Assembly (NCBI GenBank): GCA_905178155.1
Contig: CAJINV010000007.1
Coordinates: forward strand, 672,898 to 736,897
Origin: Amoebophrya sp. A120
Lineage: Eukaryota; Protista; Dinoflagellata
Direction of reading: 5' to 3'
DNA length: 64,000 bases
Below, one piece after another: positions 25,619-38,700 of this stretch (within the stretch, counting starts at the first letter, position 1; each line of letters begins with the position of its first letter). The notes under the pieces were generated by a model. That model was not told the DNA's origin. It worked only from the letters and a program-made list of their open reading frames with translations, and searched no databases. The translations under genes were made by a program, and so were the position numbers.

Positions 25619-28600
25619 ATGAGCGGTTTTATAATTCCCACACTCCTTTCCCTGCTGGTCCAGCTTCAGCTTGCCGGATTGCAGAAGGAATCATGGGGCT
25701 TACAAATGGAATTGACTACATCCTGCCGCACCACCTTTTTCTGCGGTGCTGGAGGTGATGCAGCGATGAAGCCGGGAGACGATGACGATCAAGCTATTTT
25801 CACAGCCGCATTAGGGCAGGGCGATATATTTCGAGAAGACCCCGAAGCTGAAGAAGCGGTGGTCGAGATTAATAAGAGTCCGGCGGTCCAGCTCATGATG
25901 GCAGGAGGAGCTAGAGTAGTGAAGAAGCCCATCACTCGTCCACCCGAACAAACTCGAGGTGGAGCTGCCCACCGTGAACCAGTGGGAGATTCTTGTGCTA
26001 GTATTCTTGCAAAAACTACATCCATCGAGCTGAGTCTCCCCGTGGACAGACAGGCCGGGATGGACGCTGCGAGAATTGTCGAAAGCCGAGCAGTATCAAA
26101 TGCAAAAATGTCTGGGTCTGGAAGATTGCTAGCTTTGTCATGCAGTTTCTCCAAGCTCCGCCAAGTCTGGAATGCAGAACCTAGCATCACAGGTTCTGCA
26201 GCCCCTTGGTGATGCCTGTCCTGCATGAGAAATGCCCTCTCAGCGTGACCAGAAGTGGGCAGCTTTTCCGAGTCACGCAATACAGATTTGTGTATGATCT
26301 GCAACATGCATCACAAGTTCGCATCCTTCCAGACCCAGACACTTTTGCATTTGATAAGCAGATGCTCAGAGCCGGGCCTGGAGGATCCGTGCTATGAAGA
26401 GGAACACTAAAATGAAACAAATTCGGGTAGTACGGCGACATGGTCAGCAGCAGCGAGGGCCGCGAGATGATGGTGGTGGTGCCTCTTGCGATGAGATTAT
26501 CTGGGACGATAGAGACGCTGCTGCCGCGACTTCGTTCTGCTTTGGACCTACACGAGTGGTAGGTTCTCTGACCCGTCGTGGTGCCCACGCGGTCGCAAAG
26601 AGGCTTGTAGTTCCGATAGGTAAACTTCGAAAGAGGTCGACCCCGGGTGGTGCTAAAAAGCAAGCTTCTAGTGAAACCTCCTTCCAAGTGATTCAGCCAA
26701 CCACTCGTGGGAAACCACAAGGACAAGCCGCGATGTCCATGTCATCTTGTGCGGCGGGCACTGGAGACGGTCCTAGTGGCAAACAAGCTGAAGGTGAAGC
26801 AGCAACACCGGAGCTGTCGACATCTGGTTCTTGTTCCCCGACCACCTCTGCCGGCGCGGATTTCACAGTACAGCAAGCTGTAGAGTTTTACAAGAACTTG
26901 GTGAGCAAGGTCGAGGAGATGGCGTCGCGAACAAAGATCGAGGACGGAAATAGTGCGGGACAACAGGTTGGCGAAGGACCACCTTTTCCGTCCGCTCATG
27001 TGAATGCTACACCAGTACATTTTCACGCGCCCTCGCCCGCAACCAGGCCGGCGGAAGGTTTGTTGGGACAGCCGCGCCTCCAGGGCCTGATGAATGATCG
27101 GAGGTTGTTCAGCAAGGGTTTGATTCCCACCAAGGAAGATGAAGATAATAGCTCCATACTCTACTTCGAAACCTTTGACCACAGGGAAGAGGCAGGAACG
27201 GCAACTGCAGACGACGACGACCAGGTTCGAGGACCACATCAACAAACGGACACTCATGTGCTGTTCGATACAAGCCCGGCGCAGAGTTCATTATCCACCG
27301 ACACGCATCCGAATCTGTATGAAAACTTGTTCCAAAACGGGAAATCCACTTTGGTTGTGGAAAAGCTGTGGGAAGTGATTCAGCATGAGGAAAGAAAATT
27401 GGAATTATCGGAGAGGGAAAGAACAAAGAGAAATACTAAAAAACTCCTTTCGCAGGAGCTCCCGGCAACGACCGTTGTGACGGCTGCAGCTGCTGTTCCT
27501 GCTCCTTTCCCGCCCCGCCCGTCGCAGCTCAGTCAGCAGTCGACCGCGTCGTCGAGTGGAGCGGGTGGCAAAGAACGGGCGCAGACGGATCTTGAAACGG
27601 GAGCCGCGTCAGGAGTGTCCTCTTCCGCACGATCGTCGAGATGCTTTTCTTCCGAAGAAGATGGCAGTGTTATTAACGCGCCGCTCCCTACTTACGCGCC
27701 GGCTACTTCCACTCGTGTGCCGCTGCCTCCTGCGCAACTGCGGCAGGATTTGCTTTTTGCGGCTCCTTCGGCGCGGGGGACCCAGCATGTTGACTCAAAG
27801 CGAGAGCATCCACACGGAGTGGTCAGCGCACAGTTGCACGGAGGTATCGGAACAAACTTTTCCGCTTTCGATGGAGAGGAACCGTACCCGGATGATGTTT
27901 TCGCCGCCCCGGTGGGGACGAGGTCTCAGCACGGTCGATTGTCGTTCCCGAAAAGAAATGAACAGAAGGATTTGCAAGCAGCCAAAAGCCGAACGCCGAG
28001 TTGTAGCCACGGCCGCCGCCGTGCCCGGTTTTCCCCGACCGTGACACAGCGGGAAGACAAAATCATCGCAGGTACTACTACGGTTGTAGAGGACTCTTCA
28101 TACGTGATGCCGGAAGTGTTTCGCCCGGAGGGGAGTCATCTGAAGGAATTACTCACGCCGAGAATCACTGTCGCTGTCAAGTACGCACACGACCTGCAAA
28201 GGGTAGATGTGGAGGAAGGACTGGAGCGGCAATTGGCGTTCGCTCTCAACTCGAAGCTGCAGATGCCAAAAAAGGCTTTATCCACTTCTACGGGAGGTCG
28301 TGCTGATGAAAACTACGAAAAAGTACTTCTAAAAGATGATGAACAGCAAGCACAACCACTCCCTGCTTGGCTCCGACCGGGGATGATGATCGGAGACGGA
28401 AAGAAGAACGAAAAGGCCGGCGAACTGTACTCGGCTTACGTGGTTCACGAAGACATTTATCAACCACAACAGGACTCTGCCGCTGTTCCACCGCCTTTTA
28501 TTTTCCAAGATCTGCTCAACAAGATCGAAAGTGACGAACAACCAGCACAGACGAGCTCCAGAAAATTCCTGGACGTGCAAGTCTTTCGGATTCCGGTGAA

Positions 28601-30015
28601 AAAGTTTCTCCGGGTGCCGGAGTTTTTGAGCACTGGAACAAGTCCGGGCGAGGAGGAGGACATCACAAGCAGTGAGGACAAGGTCGAAGAAGGCGGAGGT
28701 GAACGACAATGTCAAGGTACGGCGCAACCATTCCAATTCCAATATTCATCCGAGCAATCGGAATCGTCGGGATCCACATATAGTACTTCTGACGATGACA
28801 GTGACACAGATGGTGTCAGGAAGAGAACATCACGTCTTGTTCAGCCGAGAAGAAAGTCCTCACGAAGCCGGCGCTCTGCTGGTGCGCAGGAGGACCGAGA
28901 GCGAGGGACGACAGCTTCCCGTCAAAGAAGTACAACTACGCGCGGGGGTCGTTCTAGTCTCAGAAGCGCCTCTTCTGCCGCCTCCGGAAAGGGAACAAGT
29001 ACAAGAACGAACACGCGGCGCAGAATAAAAGACGACAGAGTCGAGTATTTGATTAGCATTTCATCTGTCGTGGACGATAAAATAAATCGAGACGGAGATG
29101 AGGACTCGTCCAGTGAAGACGCGTCCGGTTGTTCGGGGACGTCGGCTTCTTCCGGTGCTGGAACGCCGCCGCGATGCAGCGCTATTGTATCGCCACAACA
29201 AAAAATCTTGGTGCAGCAAACAAGAAAGAGCTGGCTGCGGGCGGAGGTGTTCTTTCAGAAGCACAATTTTTATGCCTCGGACGGAGAAGATACAGCGGCC
29301 CAGTCTTCCCAGATGATGAGGCAGTGCAGATTCTATATCAAATGCAAAAATGTGGTTTTCACCCCGTTGTTCACGTCTGTTCTATATCAAATGCAAAAAT
29401 CCCTGGATGTCTGGAAGAATCCAACTTGTCATGCTGATTTTGGATTCTAAAAAAATCTGTATTGCGTGAGCAGTAAAGAGAGTCCAAGGATGCTACACGG
29501 AAAGAGCACTTGTCATGCGGTATAGGCATCAGGAAGCCCTCACAAAATCTGTGATGCTAGGGCATGCATCACAGACATCAGGAGTCATGCAAAATGTGCA
29601 TGACAAACCTGGCAATCTTCCAGACCCAGACATTTTTGCATTTGATATTCTGGAAACCACCCAACCGAGACAGAAGACCGGAAGATCTTCCTCCTCCTCG
29701 TCAAGCGGATCTTTATCCAGGAAAAAAGTGTGTAAGTGTAACTTTGTTGAAGGAATAGCATCACAAGTTTGCTCATCTGCATGACACAGAAAACCTGTCA
29801 TGCGTAGCTAGTACGTGAAAACACGTACGAAAAGAGCCTCTGGCGCATGTCCAGCATGACAAGTGTAGGCGTTTTGCATCCTCTGCAACACAAATTTACA
29901 CTTACACAGTTTTTTTCTTGCATAATCTTCAGGTTCAAGTTACTCTTCCACGGATCCAGCAGCTGGATCCTGTTCTAGTGGGAGTGATGAAAGTCAAAGT
30001 GGGTCGGATGATTGA
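25619..30015 (+). CDS. Hypothetical Ser-rich protein, ~1214 aa, paralogue of 19321-22139 (start codon uncertain)
   Basis: Exons 25619-26093, 26362-29384, 29653-29713, 29930-30015 in frame; motifs VFRIPV, EYLISI, TRKSWLRA, FTPLFTSV. Confidence 0.8.
26094..26356. mobile_element. Introner, family A
   Basis: DR AGCAG/AGCAG. Confidence 0.9.
29385..29647. mobile_element. Introner, family A
   Basis: DR TTCTA/TTCTG. Confidence 0.85.
29714..29924. mobile_element. Introner, family G (TATSCAAGAAAAAAACTGTGTAAGTGTAA)
   Basis: TIRs; DR ATCTT/ATCTT. Confidence 0.9.
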
Positions 30016-32758
30016 ACATCAAGGCGACGAAGTAACAATGAGGAAGTTCCTTTCGGCACGTCGATGTAAGTAGAGACAGCGACATGCCAAATCATCATTT
30101 TTATCACACTTTGTGCAGAAGCAGGCCCGACGAGGAACGGAAGTTCGCTCTCCTTTAGGCAAATACTTTATAGTATTTTCCAAAAGGTAAAAACAAACAC
30201 GAAAAGACGGTAATTTTCTACAAGCTACCAGTGAGACCACAAAAGCTAGATACCAGAAGTACCAAACAAGTGTAAGATTGTGCATCCCAATTAGCACTAG
30301 AAATTTGAAAACGGTATATGAGTATGGTACTACAGGCACTGCTTGCTCCTATGCTTTTCCATTCACGACACTAATTTCGAATACAAAGAACAAAGCCTCC
30401 GACCGTTTTTTTTGTCTTCGACGGTACTACTACTTTGGGAAACAAGCAAAAGTCGACGTGCTTCTTGTTGATTAATCATCTCTAGCATGAACGACGATTT
30501 TTGTTTCCCAAGTATACCATTTTCGAGGCCGATTTTCCGTTTTTTTCCAAACGATAAAGGCAAGCTGCATTCCGATGCGGCTTGGCGTCTTTGAGACTGT
30601 ACTTTTTACTATATAGCACTTTGGTTCTTGTAGTAGTTCTTTCCAAGTTATTTTTTCTACGATCTTCATTTTCCACGTCCAGCGCAAAGACAAGGGAGCA
30701 AAGCCAGTATACTATAGTATTCAACAGAAAGAGAAATAGAACCGGCGCTACGAGTACGGAGATTTTTTCCGGCTTACAGCCAGAAGCATGATGGTGTAAA
30801 CACTATCGCTATCTGCTACTTTGCTTTGGTGCGGAGTAGGTAGAGCAGTAAGTACAGGAAAAACTACAACTGTCACTGGCCGACGACGCCGAGGTAAACA
30901 AAGGACCATGAAAAGGTTCGCGTGCACAGCACCTCTCTACTGTCGGGCGCTTGTTTTTGTTTTTACTATTCTTCTACCAGCTCTTCACTTTGTTTCTCCT
31001 GACTTTTGCTTCCCATCGCATAGCACTGCCGAATTTCTACTAGAATTTCCAATTTTGGCGCGTTTACTACGTCGATTTGGCCTTGCAGCACTTGACTTGA
31101 AAGAAAACTATGCATAATATGGGTAATAGCTAATAAGCACTGTCAGAGGCAAAGCTGCGCAGGACATTCATTTCACGCATGGTGCTACTTACAACGACTT
31201 ACATACGTGACTTTTACTAAAGAAAAAGATGTCAGAGCAAAGGACTGCTTGCTCCTGCTATCAGTAGATACTTGTCAGTATTCATCAGTACGCAACATGG
31301 CACAAATCGCGCAGACTGTACTTACACCTCGCCAGGAGGAGAAGTGTCAGTCCATTGCAAGAACAGCCGCGGAAGATACTCTCAAGAGCTACAAGCAGTT
31401 ATGCAGGAGCTGTTTCCCAATCCTAAGATAGTACTTTCAAGAACTACGTCGAAGCAGTTTAATGCAGAAGCTGTTTCCTAATCCTTTTGCAAGACCAAGA
31501 AAATGAATGCAATCAAACCGCATTATCGAAATCAATCTTTCATCTTCACACTAGTAGCTCCAAGTAGAGTCTACTTAAAAACCCACTACTAAACCAACGT
31601 TACGGCGAAACAAGAAATAGCGGAACCTTTTACGTACTACTCTTTCACAACAGCAGTTCTACTGCGTCGCGCAGCTGCACTTATTTTGGAACCATCTAGC
31701 TTTCTGTCAAAACGAGAGAAAGTAGCAGTGGGTGCAGCTCGGGGTCAGGGCAGTCTGTCCCTGCTTGTACTAGCGCATGACCACGACCATGAGTTGGTTT
31801 GACATCCGCCACATGTTGAAGCGGTCCGGTTGTATTCAGGTCTTCAAGTAGATCTGTCACAATACAGAGCAGGGCCGAAATGAGTAAAAAATGCAAGGAT
31901 CTTCATCGGCTGAGTATGAATAGATTTTGGTGCGGCTCGAGCCTTGCAGTTACGTTGACAAACCGTTTCGCTTTTTTTTTTACCTCAGAGCACTTTTTTA
32001 TAGACATTCAGGCGGTGGTGCGACGTGGCACGAGAACGGGAAAAAGTTGTAGATGCGCAGTAGTTGTTTTGCAGTGGTACGCAAAAATAGCCGCTGAAAA
32101 AGAAACTAGTGAATCAAAATGTACTTCCTCGTCAAGTTGAGCTGAAACAAATTTTCCGACCACATCAAGTTGCCGTGCGTAAACTTTGCGATAAGTACGT
32201 CTTACACGATTCGCATGCAGTGCCGTAGGACAACTTTTGTGTTCAAAAAACACGTCGGCTAATATAATTTCAGCAACCAGTCAGAAGGATCTTCACGAGC
32301 GACTGATAGCTATCTCGCAGGTAAAGATCTCACAGTTCCTAGGTGCATGATCACAGTACAACTTCTAGCGAACTATTTACTGTTAGAAGCAAGATCAATG
32401 GATGCCTACATACTCGCAAGTAGCAGGTAAAACCATGGTTGTTATTGTAAATGCGGGAGGTCGTGTCTCAGTCCCTGCCGCACGATGGCGATCCATTTTC
32501 AAGAAAACGGGATCTAGTTGAGCAGTGTGTTTTGTTTCGGATTTCGGGATCCGAAATCGTATACTAATGGAAACTCTTGTTGTAGTTGTCTTCCTCTTCT
32601 GTATCTTCAAAAATAGACGGTCATCCTTGATGTGGTCCCTTCCGGTGCTAAATACAGTAAAAACTTGTCGTTCGAATCGAATGCGAATCGAAAATAACTC
32701 TGTGAGCTGGGAAAGTTTTACAAAAACACAGCTCAAATAAAACCTGGAAAAGAACAGA

Positions 32759-35700
32759 ATGAAGGATTTATCCACAGTACTTGTTTCCCCGCACACGACA
32801 AGAAAAAAATGTGGTTTCTGCATGACAAAACTTGCTTTCAATCCTGCTTAGCATGACGGGTAGCGCACGCGTCCACGAAAGCGAGATTTGTCTATGCATG
32901 TTGTAGTAGGCACGTGTACGTGCGTGGGAGATTTGTATTGCATAGGATTGGGTAGTTGGTCCGCACGGTTGGAACGACAACCGGCTGTGGGACGCGCTGT
33001 ATGAAAACGGGAACATTGTAAAGCTCGACCCCAATGTATCCCAGTGCACAACTCCCCCTCGTTCTCATTTCTCATGCAAAATACCAATTCCACGCTTTCC
33101 CTCCTGTCACTATTGTGCATGACAAATTCTGGTAGCCCAAACAGAACTACTACACTCCAGTGCAAATTTGTCATGCAAAACCCGCAGTCTTGCTGATCCT
33201 GATGCTTCTATTTTTGCCGTGCATGCTACACGAATGGGGGGGAGGGGGAGTTGGGCACTATCATACAATGGCCTGCCGGACGAGGATGGAAAGCCGATCG
33301 GTCACATATTGCGAGGAAAAATCCCCCCTCCCCATATAATTGAAAACGCAACGCCTGAAAATTTGTGATGCAGATTTGTGACCACAAATCCTGTCCGTCT
33401 TGCAAGAAGACAAACGCAGAGAGTCCGTCCCATGATGCTGGCAGTTTGTGATGCTGTTGCGCTTACAGCGTAGACGGTTTTCATGCTAGGCGCCTACGGC
33501 AAATCCTCTCGACTCAGGCTTAGCATATAGCTGCAGTCCCCCACTGCAAGACAAGTCTGATTTGTGTACTGAGATCCAGCGTCAGCAGTTTCGTTTGGAT
33601 ATTGGTCGGGGACGTTTTTACATAGGATAGCACACGACGCACAACATGTTTGTCAAGTGCAAAAAAACGAAGGAAATGTACCTGATTACCGTTCGCCAGA
33701 AATCAAAAATCGATCTGAAGAGCTTCGTATCAAATGCAAATAAGTATGTGAAGATGTAGGTCCGGATCAGTGCTGGAACCGTTTGTTATGCTGATTTTCC
33801 ATGCCTTTGGGTTTGGCTTTGCCTGCTCGCGATGGATCGCGAACAAATCTCTGATGCAGGGTAAACGTAAGTAGTTCCTGTAAGGCCTTCGCAATGTGGC
33901 TAGAAGTTGCCTTTCGTGCATGAGAAACAGCCTCTCTGTGTGATCAAAAGCGGCGCGCTTTTTTTGGTACGTGGTATGCAACACAAATTTTATTTGTGTG
34001 ACTTGCACCAGCATGCAATTGCATCATCACAAGTGTGCAAGAACCTTGATGACTTTCCAGACACAGACATACCTATAATTTGCATTTCATACTGCGCGGT
34101 GGCGCTGGGTGCGAAGGAACTCCGGCTCTGCAAAGATAGGGAGGTACAGCGTAATTATATGACTATAATACGGCTTTTTTTCTCGCAAATACGATTCGGA
34201 TTTGTACTATTTGATTCAATTTCAATTCATTTCTTGTTGTGTGTGGAACAAGAACAGGAAGGATGTGATCAAAATAGTACAACCCAAGTGAAGAACGCAA
34301 ATGACACACAGGACTACTTGGGCTCAACCCGCGGATGCATTACAGCGTTGGCACTGTTTTACTATCGCAAGAAAAATGAACTGCCTGTTCATTGTAGTGA
34401 CAGACCTTGTGATGCAGAAACTACCGCACACGCACACACACACAAGTCTTTGATGTCCTGTTTTTAGAAAGCTGCCAAGATAACCGGTGGGATCTTTAAG
34501 TAGTACAGCCGTGTCTTCATCCCATGGAAAGCACGCATGGCAGGTTCGTTAATATTTCGCTGTCATGGTAAAGTAACAAACAACTTGTGATGCAGATCCT
34601 GCATCAAAATCGTCACAGTGTTGAGCAAACAGTTTTCTCATGGGATATCTACGACGAGGGCTGGAATGTGAAATGGGTATCGCAAGAAAAAAACTGTGTA
34701 AGTAAGTATAAATCTGCAATGCAGAACACGCAACAGAGTTATGCCTGTCATGCCAGACAGCCACGAAGTTCTCTTTTCCTGTGTAATTTCCCTTACAAGC
34801 CACGCATGACAGGTTTTCTCTGTCATGTAGAGCAAATTTGTGATGCTGTTAGCCAAACATAGTTACACTAACACAGTTTTTTTCTTGCATAATGGGTGGT
34901 AGAGACCGAATATCCAGTGCAAACATGTCTATGGGTCTGGAAAGTTGTCATGCTAAAGATCGTTCTTTATGTTGGTCAACAAACATGACAAACATGCATC
35001 CTTCAACACCCAGACAACAGATTTGCAATTCATACCGAACTGATGGCCATGCCGGAATGGGTTTTGTGTGCCGGCTGTCAGGTATGAGAGTGCACAACTC
35101 CCCCTCATTTGTATGGCATGAGCAGCAATACAAACAGCAGCAAACGCGGAGCCCATGCATGACAAATTTATGTGCCTGATATAGTACTGTTTGGGCTTCC
35201 GGATGAATTTGTCATGCAAACAGTGCCACAGGGCAGCGACTGGATTTGGGGTTTTGCATGACAAATGACGGGGGGGAGTTGTGCGCTGTCATATCAGGAC
35301 CCGCTCCAGCACGACCAGCACAATCTAACCACGGTCCGTACGGTGTTCTCAAATGTGACATTCTCAACTGTATAGTAGTAGTAGTAGTGATTCCCAGCAA
35401 GGGGAGAGAAGGGGGCGCCATCTCTCACCTCACTAGCTTTTCACCACTTTTTTCATTGCGCGTTTGGGTTTGGGCTGGTGATTTGCTCTCTTCTCCTTCG
35501 GTTTGCATGCTCCCTCATGCGCAGCCATCTTGCTAATTCGCAAGGACTCACTATGGTCATGGGGACGCTCCACCCGATTGTCGTGATTGAACAGAATCTT
35601 GTACGTTTTGCATTTCCTGCATCGTAAAAACTCGCAGCCCGCTCGGTTCGTGAAAAGTGCATCGCGAGGTAGAACGTTACGCCAACCCTTCGCATCAGAT

Positions 35701-38700
35701 CCAAAGTAATACCGACCCGTCCAGTGGTTCCATAGGTGTTGCTCCGGTCGGTAGTCTCCTGTTGCTCTGCCCTGTGCGTCTTTTTTCCTGCCTGTCCTGA
35801 TGTATCCATTCTGCCTGTGGACCTGCGCGTGCTTTTCCATGGCCCCCGCAGTGGAGGCGTACATAAGTTCGCACGATTTACAGAAAATTTTTTTGATATG
35901 CGCCGCCGGCCCCCTAGCCATTTTGTCGCGTAGGATGTCGCTGTTTCTCTCGATGATCTCACACCGTATCTCCTGGTCTTGCTCATTACTTATTTGCTCT
36001 GCCTTTTTCATAACTAACGCCTTGACATCCGTGTTGGTCGACTTTTTCACCGGATGCTCTTGCTGCATGTGAGCTATCATTTCCACCGATGGCCCGCCGT
36101 CCGTTGTTCCCCACGAAGCCGCCTGCGGATAGTTCTGCGCGCACCACATGCACTGGCGCTGGGCGTCAAAATGCTCAAGGGCCGACGGCTGTCCTGTCGG
36201 GAGCGCGTGCACTACATCGCCCTCACGTACGTCCGGGTCTTGTTCCTGCGCGGCCTTGATTGCTTCTGCACGCGTTGGCGTCTGCCCTGGGTTGCCGAAA
36301 TACTTGATGGCCAGATCATCCGTTATCTTCTGTCGTAGGTCCGCGTCCCCATTGCTCCAGTCTTCAGCTGTTTCCCGGATAAAACACTGCCGCGTCATTG
36401 CATGGAAAAGTCGCTTGTTGGCCGCATAGAGCGCGGAGCCACTCGGTAACTCTTCAGGCTGCCGCGCTTGTGTTGCCTCCAGGTCCTCGGTGAGAAGCTG
36501 CACCATTTCCAGCGGCATTTTGCATTTTTTTGTCAAATGTTCTAGGGCGTCCTGGAGGAAGGACTCTACCCGCCGCTCTTTTGCGTCGACTTCTTTGAGC
36601 TCCTTGACTGATCGCAGAACTTCTGCTCTGGCCCGAAGACCGTCTTCCAGCGCGTTGCCCGCACTAGCGCCCCGGTATAAAATCGGCACAAACTTGCCCA
36701 CGAGTGCGCGTCTGGCTAAATCGGTCGGCTTCCGTCGTAATACGTGTCCCACAAATCGCATCTGTAGATACTTCAAGTGCACTCCGAACGGCGGGACTTT
36801 CAACTTGCGCCGAAGATCGGCCGCGCTTTTCTTCTGCAGCACACGCTCCCACCAAGGAATGTCTTGAATCCTCTGCATCATCGCAATCTCCTCCCGCTCG
36901 AGGGCTCGAACTTCGTCTGGACTCACGTACCTTGCCGCCAGGCCGTACAAGAATATGCTTCGGATCATAATGATGATTAGCTCGCCACGCCGCTCTGCAA
37001 AAAGATTCGAAACGCCGCTCATCTTCGCCCGTAACTTGTTGTAGGCAGTCCAAGCCTTTCGCTTTTTTTGTCGAATGTCTTCTCGGGGGTCCGTGTAGCT
37101 TCCAAGATTTCTTACCGACATGTCACAGATGTTGCCGCTAAAACGCTTCGCGTCGTTTTCCCGACACCCTGACTCCCGCAGTGCCTTTGTCAGTAGCTTC
37201 ATGGCCTTCGACTCAGATGGAGCAAGCTTTTTCCCGATTAGCTCCGCATTGATTTTCAAGAACTGCTGCAACTCCTCCTCGGTCATGTGTTCCAGCAGCG
37301 TCGTGTCATCAGCAAACAACAGGTCCATCACGTGGTCGATACTCAGCTCCGGCTCGCCTTCTTCTGGCTTCTCGCCCCCGGTTATCTCATGCAGCTGATC
37401 GGTTCTCTTCATGTGTCCCAAGTCGGCACGAGAGTACAACCGCACCCCTTTCAGGGATTCTGAGCCCTCCTGCCTGCGTAGTAGTCTGTGATATTTCATT
37501 ACTGCCGTGCAACTAATCAAGAAGACGAGGGGGCTGCTCACACATCCTTCCTTCGTTCCATTTTCCAGCGTGAATCGGTTTCCCGGCTTCTTGGTTTCTG
37601 GGTCGTAGAACTCGTGCTTGGCATGCCTATGGCTACTGTTTATCACACTCCAGCACGTTGCTTCTCCTATTCCCAAGGTGTCCATTACCGCCGTCACTAA
37701 TCTCCAGTCCAGACTTGGGAACGCTTTTTTCAGGTCCACCAACGTCGCCAGCAGTCTGCTTGATTTGTGTCGCGAATAATGAGACAGGTCTTCCTTCATT
37801 CGGTTCCAAATCATAATGCTTTCGAGCGTGCCGCGATTTGCCCGAAACCCAAACTGGGTCTCGCAAAAGTATTGCTTGTCCTCCAGAACCTTGTAGAGCC
37901 GATCGCTGTAAATTTTTGTACATAATTTCAACAAGCACGGCGACACTACGAGAATACATGAATTTGTAATGCAAGAATGGCAAGATGAGAAGAGTGAAAG
38001 GGGGACGAAGGTTGATGCGCCTTTTGCATTACAGGTTTGGAGCAGATTAAAGTGCTATCTAGCGCGTCGAGAACTTGTCATGCGGAGAAGGTTTGAAATT
38101 GTGAGAAGTGATTGCGTTTTTGCATGACAAATCATGTAACAGTTGAGAATGTAACGTTTGAGAGCCCCATAGTCCGCACCCTTGTCCCGGGGGATAAGGG
38201 GAAGTTGAAAAGTATCATCCCCTGGCATTGGGAACACAGGATTGAAGTGGAGGGATGGTACGATTTCACCTTGATCAGATTTTCTTTTATTCGTTTTCGT
38301 GTTGATCTCGATCTTGATTTTGAAGCTCTGTATGTTTCCGTAGTTTTGTGTCCTCACAATATATTTATAAATTCAAGTGTCAAGAAGAACAAGGACAAGC
38401 CACATCCGACCATCAACCGACCGCAGATCATGTCACGATACTGCAACCATAGCAAACTCATCACGACAGCAATACCGGCGGGATTTTGGCAATAAAGTTC
38501 GATGGTACCAAGGCGAAAAAGGACTCTCCTGTACACAATATTAAAGTTGTGGCGTCGAAAAAGGTGGACGAACAAATGCCCGGCCAACAGAACAAAGAGG
38601 AGTTGTCAACATCAACGACTAGTAGGAAAGGCACGACACAAGCAGTGGAACAACCCGGGAACAACAAGCCAGCGGCTCAAGCGAATATCAAATGCAAAAG

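Larger units (their letters stand above)
35339..38171. mobile_element. Introner, family D, carrying a nested retrotransposon
   Basis: DR GTCCG/GTCCG 2.8 kb apart; left TACGGTGTTCTCAAATGTGACATTCTCAACTG pairs with right CAGTTGAGAATGTAACGTTTGAGAGCCCCATA. Confidence 0.85.
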
